Below, one piece after another: positions 57,944 through 64,000 of a stretch of 64,000 bases of DNA. How positions within the stretch are numbered: the stretch's first letter is position 1; the number at the start of each line of letters is the position of its first letter. The notes beneath the pieces were generated by a model, which saw nothing but the letters and a program-made list of their open reading frames with translations, ran no database searches and had not been told where the DNA came from. The stretch is taken from assembly GCA_038065415.1 (NCBI GenBank), contig JBBTRA010000002.1, forward strand, positions 13,646-77,645. The letters are read 5' to 3'. The stretch comes from Patescibacteria group bacterium. Lineage in GTDB: Bacteria; Patescibacteriota; Minisyncoccia; Phycocordibacterales; PALSA-1337. The translations under genes were made by a program, and so were the position numbers.

Positions 57944-58059
57944 TCGTACTCAAGTGTCTCGGCTGTTTCGAAGAAGAACCAAGACACATGAGCAGGATTA
58001 CTCATGAGATCGAAGACAGAATTATCAAGGATCGAATTTATATCATAAGCATTATTACC

Positions 58060-58731
58060 ATGAAAGAAATCATTCAGACGCTCAGAATAAGCATGACGAC
58101 GCTACTCATAGTGGCAGTCGCATTCTTCACTCTTGAGCCCGCAGTTAGCAACGCAATCGAAGATCAGTTCACAGTTACGCAAGTGGTCACCGCTGAGATA
58201 TCCTTCCTCACGCCGAGCTCGGATATCGTCATGAGTCCACAGCTCGCGGGTATCACAGGAGGAACTTCCAATGGATCGACCTATGTTCGTGTCCTTACCA
58301 ACAATGCGCTTGGCTATAGCATGACGCTCACATCAAGCTCCTCCTTGGGTATGATCGGCAACACTCAGGGCGGAAATATTCCCGCTTACACGCCAGCAAC
58401 TGGTATCGTTCCAGACTTCAGCTTCTCAGTACCAGTGAACAGGGCTGAGTTTGGGTATACGGTAGAAGCATCGACGACACCAGATCTTGCTCAGGCATTC
58501 TTGGATAACGGTACGACAACCTGCGATACAGGGTCGGCTGATACAGTCGATGCATGCTGGGTTAATGCAAGTACGTCTGCACGTACGATCATCAATCGTA
58601 CCACTGAGACAGCTGCTTCAGGTGCTACGACGACTATCAAATTCCGCGTCACTATCAACTCCAATCCATCTCCAGCAGTTCCTCAGGATACATATGTAGC
58701 AACCACCACTCTTACTGCCACCACGAACTAA
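58060..58731 (+). CDS. Secreted Ser/Thr-rich protein with conserved Cys pair (paralog of 59756..60544)
   Basis: Start at internal Met (ATG 58060): signal peptide MKEIIQTLRISMTTLLIVAVAFFTLEPAVSNA; …TCDTGSADTVDACW…. Confidence 0.45.
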   Translation: MKEIIQTLRISMTTLLIVAVAFFTLEPAVSNAIEDQFTVTQVVTAEISFLTPSSDIVMSPQLAGITGGTSNGSTYVRVLTNNALGYSMTLTSSSSLGMIGNTQGGNIPAYTPATGIVPDFSFSVPVNRAEFGYTVEASTTPDLAQAFLDNGTTTCDTGSADTVDACWVNASTSARTIINRTTETAASGATTTIKFRVTINSNPSPAVPQDTYVATTTLTATTN

Positions 58732-58761
58732 CGAAGCGTCTTTACACTTCACATCACTACC

Positions 58762-59748
58762 ATGACATTACAAACACTCTTCAGAATGATATCCGGTTGT
58801 GCGATTGCGCTGGCCTTGCAGGCCGGCTCGCCAGTTCTTTCCGTTGCGCATGCAGCTCCGTACAGCATCGAGACTCTCCCCGATGCAACTGTCTACAATG
58901 ACTTCGTCGTGGGTCCCGGCAAATACCAGGTAGATGCAAAACCAGGCGAGACCAAGACGGTCAATATGATCGTGACGAACCGTCTCGGCAAAGAGAAGGC
59001 GTTTCAGATCCAGCTCGAGGATTTCGTAGGTTCACGCGATTTGCAGAAGACGGTTGTACTTCTCGACAACGAGCGTGGCCCGTATTCGCTCAAGGATTAT
59101 CTCAGAATTGCCTCGAGTACTTTCGTACTCAACAATGCTGAGAGAGTGACTATACCGGTGACCATCCAGATCCCAACAGATGCTCAGCCCGGTGGTCTTT
59201 ATGGCAGCGTGGTCATCAGTACAGTGACTTCGCCTGCGGAGCAGAGGCCTGCAGGATCAGCAGGTATCAGCCCGATTGTTACTCGCATCGGTTCACTCTT
59301 CTTCATTCGTGTAGCTGGAGAGGTCAAGCAAGATTTGATCCTCAAAGAATTCTCCCTGAAAGGAGATTCGCGCATCGTAGGATCGAGTCCGGTAGATTTC
59401 CAATTGCTCTATGAGAACAACGGCTCCATTCACGAGAATCCATCCGGATCCATCAGGGTCAGGAATATGTTTGGCTCCGAGGTTGCTACTTTGGAAGTCG
59501 AACCGTGGTTCGTCATGCCAGACTCACTTCGTCTCAGGGAGGTTTCTTGGAACTCTCCATTTCTCTTCGGTAGGTATGTCGCAACCGCAGAGATACACAA
59601 GGGGTATGACAATTTGACAGATACGGCTTCGGTCGCATTCTGGGTCATACCTTGGAAGATCATCCTGGCTGTATTCATCGTCATCGTGATCATTGTCGCA
59701 GGGATCAGATTCATCGCATCGAAGATCAACATATCACTCAAGAAGTAA
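58762..59748 (+). CDS. Cell-surface protein with signal peptide and C-terminal TM anchor (DUF916/DUF3324-like architecture)
   Basis: …SVAHAAPYSIETLPDATVYNDFVVGPGKYQVDAKPGETKTVNMIVTN… β-rich; C-terminal …IPWKIILAVFIVIVIIVAGIRFIASK…. Confidence 0.45.
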   Translation: MTLQTLFRMISGCAIALALQAGSPVLSVAHAAPYSIETLPDATVYNDFVVGPGKYQVDAKPGETKTVNMIVTNRLGKEKAFQIQLEDFVGSRDLQKTVVLLDNERGPYSLKDYLRIASSTFVLNNAERVTIPVTIQIPTDAQPGGLYGSVVISTVTSPAEQRPAGSAGISPIVTRIGSLFFIRVAGEVKQDLILKEFSLKGDSRIVGSSPVDFQLLYENNGSIHENPSGSIRVRNMFGSEVATLEVEPWFVMPDSLRLREVSWNSPFLFGRYVATAEIHKGYDNLTDTASVAFWVIPWKIILAVFIVIVIIVAGIRFIASKINISLKK

Positions 59749-59755
59749 ATCAACC

Positions 59756-60544
59756 ATGCACTTCGCTAGCAAACAACCATCGACCATATCGAAAGCCGCC
59801 TTCCCGGTATTTTTCGCGTTGGTTGTCCTTGCTGCAGTGTACTCGTCTCCGTACGCGGCAGGTCAGACTATGACAAGTGGTTCGTACAAGATACAGAGCG
59901 ACAGCGTCAACTTCGGTGGTGCTCGTTCATCATCAGCAACCTACACGATCGAGGATACTGCTGGCGAGGTTGCTACGGGCATATCGTCGAGCACCAACTA
60001 TCAGGTCAAGGCTGGATATCAGCAAATGCAGGAGACATATATCGCACTAGCTCCAGCTGCGGATGTGGCCATGAGTCCAGCGATCGGCGGTATCACTGGT
60101 GGGATATCGAATGGTTCCACTGGCTTCACCGTGACTACAGACAATCCTGCAGGATACACCGTGACTATCAAGGCGAGCTCCACTCCAGCTATGCAGTCAC
60201 CGTTGGATACAGTTGCAGATCATAGCGCAGGTGCAGCGAATCCAAGTTTCGGATTCACTGTACCGGTGACTGCTTCTGCATTTGCATTCACGCCAGAGGG
60301 AACTGATATAGCGAGCACATTCAAGGATGATGGTGCATCTTGTAATACTGGTTCGGGCGACACCTCCTTCGCATGCTGGGCTGGCCTCTCTACAGCTCCT
60401 CAGACGATCGTAAGCAGGACATCGGCAAATCATCCATCGGGAACTCTTACGACAATCAACTTCCAGGTTCGCTCTGGATCAGAGCATGTGTTGGTGGCGG
60501 GCATCTATGTAGCCACTACGACTATAACCGCATTGCCGTTGTAA
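59756..60544 (+). CDS. Secreted Ser/Thr-rich protein with conserved Cys pair (paralog of 58060..58731)
   Basis: Start MHFASKQPSTISKAAFPVFFALVVLAAVYSSPYAAG (ATG 59756); …SCNTGSGDTSFACW…; shared MSPxxGGITGGxSNGST motif. Confidence 0.45.
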   Translation: MHFASKQPSTISKAAFPVFFALVVLAAVYSSPYAAGQTMTSGSYKIQSDSVNFGGARSSSATYTIEDTAGEVATGISSSTNYQVKAGYQQMQETYIALAPAADVAMSPAIGGITGGISNGSTGFTVTTDNPAGYTVTIKASSTPAMQSPLDTVADHSAGAANPSFGFTVPVTASAFAFTPEGTDIASTFKDDGASCNTGSGDTSFACWAGLSTAPQTIVSRTSANHPSGTLTTINFQVRSGSEHVLVAGIYVATTTITALPL

Positions 60545-60549
60545 AACTC

Positions 60550-62127
60550 ATGAAGAAGTACACAGCACAACTCATGCATATCGGACTGGCGCTCTTGGTT
60601 GGAGCATCTTTTGCTTTTGCGGCAGAGAATACATTCCAGGTGCAGCTTGCGGTCATACCAGAGGGGAATACGGCTCCGTCGGTTCCAGCTAACCTTGTGG
60701 CGACTGCAGTTTCATCTTCGCAGATCGATCTTTCATGGGACACATCTACCGATGATGTCGCTGTAGATGGATACAGAATATTCAGGGACGGTATCGTTGT
60801 GGCTTCTACGACTGCTCTCACATACTCGGATATAGGTCTGACTGCATCGACCGCGTATACCTATGAGGTGGAGGCGTTCGACACAGCTCCGCTCTATTCG
60901 GGTCTATCCGCACCTGCGACAGCGACGACGCTTGCTGTTGGAGTTACTCCGCCAGGTCCTGGTGGACAATCAGGAGATGGTCAGCTCACACTGATCTTGA
61001 GCAACATCAATGCCACACCTGCACAACGCTCTGCTGTTGTGAGCTTCTCGACCAATCAGGCGACACAGGCGAAGGTTTACTGGGGTACAACAGCTGAATA
61101 CGAGCTCGGTTCGATCTCGGGCCTTTTCTATGACGTCAACCATGCAGTGACCATAGATAGCCTTGTTCCCGGTACACAGTACTTCTTCAGGGTTGAAGTT
61201 GTGAATTCTATTGGAGCGATGAAGTCAGCCGAAGGTTCATTTGAGACTTTGTCAGTAGTCCAGCAGGAAGTTCTGACTAACGTGACTGGCTTCAAAGCAA
61301 CTCCACGCACATCAGATATCGCTCTTTCATGGAAGAATCCTTCCCAGAGCATTTTCGATAGCGTTCGTATCGTCCGTTCAGATAAATTCTTCCCGAGGGA
61401 TATCTATGACGGACAAGTCGTATACGAGGGGCGCGCTCAGAATCATGTGGATGCGGATGTTCGCATTGGAACGACCTACTACTACACGATATTTGCACGC
61501 GACACAGCTGGCAACTACTCGTCGGGAGCGCTTGCCAAAGCTCGCATCGCTCCGGCAGGCGAGATTGTCATATCGCCAGATTCTACGGATCCGTTCATCG
61601 GCATACCGGTGCTCGAAAATGTTGATCCGGGCATAGCACGCCTAACCCTGCTTGATTTCGATTTCTTCCAGGAAGGGAAGAAGCTCGTCAATATCGGCAA
61701 TCAAATCGGGATCGATGGCTCGAAGGATCTCACTATACGCCTTGAGTATGGCAAAGTTCCAGAGATATTGAAGACTATCGCAATCACTCTGGCTGATCCT
61801 GAGGATCCGACGCAAGTGTTTCCATTCTTGCTCCGCGTGAATCAGGACAAGACTGCGTACGAGGCTACCATCGCTCCACTCGGTAAGCGTGGCAAGTACA
61901 AAATGAACATCGTCATCCTCGACTACAAGAATCAAGGATTGAGGAGGTTGGACGGCAATCTGAGAGCGTTCGTCTTTGGTTCGATTCCGGGCCTTGTAGG
62001 AGCCAGGGGAGGTGTGTCATACCGCGTGGTTGATCTTTTCTTCTTGCTTGTGGCATTGATCATGATCCTGCTCGCTATTGCATATCGCAGGCACAAGAAA
62101 ACAACTCAAGAAACATATGGAGTATAA
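60550..62127 (+). CDS. Cell-surface protein with fibronectin type III-like domains and C-terminal TM anchor
   Basis: Start MKKYTAQLMHIGLALLVGASFAFA (signal); …LVATAVSSSQIDLSWDTSTDDVAVDGYRIFRDGIVVASTTALTYSDIGLTASTAYTYEVEAFD… (FN3); C-terminal …LFFLLVALIMILLAIAYRRHKK. Confidence 0.55.
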   Translation: MKKYTAQLMHIGLALLVGASFAFAAENTFQVQLAVIPEGNTAPSVPANLVATAVSSSQIDLSWDTSTDDVAVDGYRIFRDGIVVASTTALTYSDIGLTASTAYTYEVEAFDTAPLYSGLSAPATATTLAVGVTPPGPGGQSGDGQLTLILSNINATPAQRSAVVSFSTNQATQAKVYWGTTAEYELGSISGLFYDVNHAVTIDSLVPGTQYFFRVEVVNSIGAMKSAEGSFETLSVVQQEVLTNVTGFKATPRTSDIALSWKNPSQSIFDSVRIVRSDKFFPRDIYDGQVVYEGRAQNHVDADVRIGTTYYYTIFARDTAGNYSSGALAKARIAPAGEIVISPDSTDPFIGIPVLENVDPGIARLTLLDFDFFQEGKKLVNIGNQIGIDGSKDLTIRLEYGKVPEILKTIAITLADPEDPTQVFPFLLRVNQDKTAYEATIAPLGKRGKYKMNIVILDYKNQGLRRLDGNLRAFVFGSIPGLVGARGGVSYRVVDLFFLLVALIMILLAIAYRRHKKTTQETYGV

Positions 62128-64000
62128 GAACATATACAAGAGAATAGTCTACATGGTTGCCGTCTTCGCGGTGGCTTTGACGGTTGTCTCTGCATATGTG
62201 TTTGTGGCACACGCTGCGATCAATCGTGAGATCAACTATCAGGGTAAGTTGACCAATGCATCCAATGTCGCTGTCGCCGATGGTCTCTACACGATGTCCT
62301 TCAGCCTCTACACAGTCCCTACGGCTGGATCGGCGATCTGGACTGAGCTCCTGAATGGTGCAAATGAGGTTCAGGTCACCAATGGTCTCTTTAGTGTCAT
62401 GCTCGGTTCGACGACACCATTCACTGGCGTGGACTTCAATCAGGAGTTGTACCTCGGTGTCACGATCGAAGGTGACAGCGAGATGACTCCGCGCAAGATC
62501 CTCGGCACAGTACCAGCTGCATTTGTTGCAGATACGCTCGACAATCTTTCGAGCGAACAGTTTCTTCGTTCCGATGCACAGAATTCCACTTCGACAGCAT
62601 CTACCTTCTTGACCATTATCCAGAACGGAGCAGGTAAGATCGCAGAATTCTTTGGCGCTGCATCCAATAGTGTGTTCTCTCTGCTTTCGAATGGAAATGT
62701 GGGCATCGGCACCACCACTCCATATGCAAAGCTTTCGGTTGCAGGTCAGGTAGTAGCTGAGAATTTTGTGGGAACATCGACGGCTACATCAACCTTTGGT
62801 GGAAATCTTGCTCTACGAGGAGGATTTGAGGTTCGGTATGAGGATGCTACAGAAACTCTTTTCATAGACAAACCATCGTCTGCATTTGAACACATACGAG
62901 TAAGAGATCTCACTGCCACCGACGCACTCTCTTCTTTGACCCAGGTATATACACCGCGCGTTGATGCTACTACTGATCTTTTGCTTAAGGCAAATACTGA
63001 TTTGGGTGAGGATACTACCGTTACAATTGATTCGACTTTCGGATATTTTACGGGGAGAGTAGGCATCGGCACCACCACTCCATATGCAAAGCTTTCGGTT
63101 GCAGGTCAGGTAGTCGGAGAGTACTTCACTGCAACTTCAACCACTGCTTCTAGATTCCCATACGCTTCAACTACAGCTCTCACAGTCTCAGGTACCAATG
63201 GTCTCCAGCTTGCTTCAGGTCTCAACGGATCTCTTCAGGCGATCAACGGTCTTGTGTCAGCTACCTCAACTCTCTCTACTGCATTTGGTGGTACGGGTAT
63301 CTCTACGAAGCCTGCGTATGGGGAGCTTCTCTTGGGTCAAGCAAATGGAACATATGCGCTGACATCCACAACATCTTTGAACATTGCTGCAAACAGTCTT
63401 GTTGGGACGCTTGGTGTTTCGCAGGGCGGCACGGGGTCTTCGTCATTCGGACAGGGTTGGATATATTCGAATGGTGGAACCAATGCGCTCAATTCCTCCT
63501 CATCTCCAACGGTGAACTATGTTATTGCTACGAGCACCACGAAGAAGAGTATATTTGTAGGAGGTATAGATTCACGCAATACCTCGACCTTCTATAGTCC
63601 GATTGATGCTGCTACGCTCACGGTGAATAGCTACTCGAGTGTTTCGTTGACATCGTCTGATGGAATCATCAACATTGGTGATGAGAGTGTCAATCAGGAG
63701 ATGCGCTTTGTTACAACCTCGGCGGGTACAATAGGTGCTGCAATTAGCACTACAGATTCATATTTTGCACAATATGGCGGCAATGTCAGGGTAGGACCAG
63801 TATCTCCACTCACTGATTATGGGTCACGCCTCTTTGTGACCAGTGAGAATCTCTCAGACGCATGGATCAATCTCAAGCAAACCTCCGGTGATAGTCAGCT
63901 TGTCATCGGAGCTATGACCAATCCACGCGATGTGAATGGGTTGGCGGCTCCATATTTGCAGTCATATAATGATGGGTCTGCGTACGCGCTTATTTTGAAT
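62118..64000 (+). CDS. Large fibre-like surface protein, N-terminal part (open to window end; ≥627 aa), with repeated GIGTTTPYAKLSVAGQVV motif
   Basis: Manual translation from ATG 62118 (MEYKNIYKRIVYMVAVFAVALTVVSAYVFVAHA…) shows no stop to 64000; not in ORF track (no stop in window). Motif resembles β-helical repeats of tail-fibre/S74-chaperone-type fibre proteins. Confidence 0.5.
62699..62755 (+). repeat. 57-bp direct repeat copy 1 (encodes NVGIGTTTPYAKLSVAGQVV)
   Basis: Near-identical (1 mismatch) to 63059..63115, 360 bp (120 codons) apart, inside the fibre gene. Confidence 0.8.
63059..63115 (+). repeat. 57-bp direct repeat copy 2
   Basis: See 62699..62755. Confidence 0.8.

Noticed and set aside
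62440-63078. Two minus-strand ORFs (92 and 110 aa) starting with MVVPMPT
   Set aside because: Both are antisense images of the 57-bp repeats inside the open fibre gene (62118..>64000); their similarity to each other simply reflects that repeat.
1-64000. CRISPR arrays, rRNA/tRNA genes, transposases/integrases
   Set aside because: No regularly spaced short direct repeats, no rRNA-like conserved blocks, no tRNA cloverleaf found by eye, and no DDE/tyrosine-recombinase-like ORF; the two excisionase-type HTH genes are not accompanied by an integrase.

Overview
Every call below is read by eye from the sequence and the supplied ORF track. I ran no database searches, so all family names are motif-level inferences.

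The window is a gene-dense bacterial chromosomal segment with almost no non-coding DNA. GC content looks moderate by eye. Core housekeeping genes (rsmI, murB, secA, obg, gatB, a MutT/NUDIX hydrolase, an AI-2E transporter) bracket a very large glycan island spanning roughly 12.8-44.0 kb.

The island has two parts:
- A mostly plus-strand block (13.9-25.5 kb): GT4/GT2 glycosyltransferases, a GtrA/GtrB/GT-C-like three-gene module, two paralogous short UDP-glucose-dehydrogenase-family proteins, a GHMP-family kinase and methyltransferases.
- An uninterrupted run of 18 minus-strand genes (25.5-44.0 kb). It begins with an ABC-2 exporter pair (Wzm permease, Wzt ATPase with a C-terminal extension) and continues with seven SAM-dependent methyltransferases interleaved with glycosyltransferases. 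It also includes a dTDP-3-amino-3,6-dideoxyhexose branch (RfbB, FdtA-like isomerase, DegT-family aminotransferase), a GT11-like fucosyltransferase, a DUF362 protein, an asparagine-synthetase-like PP-loop enzyme and a large polytopic membrane protein.

Outside the island I see:
- an orphan VirD4/TraD-like P-loop ATPase with a ~230-residue Pro/Val/Lys-rich tail;
- an ATP-grasp enzyme next to a Cys/His protein that runs off the left edge;
- an ADP-ribosylglycohydrolase next to a kinase-fold protein;
- a small HTH regulator divergent from a small unknown protein under a near-consensus sigma70-like promoter;
- an O-antigen-ligase-like protein with TPR repeats;
- a cell-surface locus at 56.2-64.0 kb. 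This has a MerR-like HTH gene, a membrane-tethered protein with two tandem excisionase-type HTH domains (a 63-bp intragenic repeat), two paralogous secreted Ser/Thr-rich proteins flanking a DUF916-like anchored protein, a fibronectin-III surface protein, and the start of a giant fibre protein with near-perfect 57-bp repeats encoding a GIGTTTPYAKLSVAGQVV motif.

I found no rRNA, tRNA, CRISPR array or transposase. Many short ORFs in the track are antisense to long, well-supported genes and were discarded.
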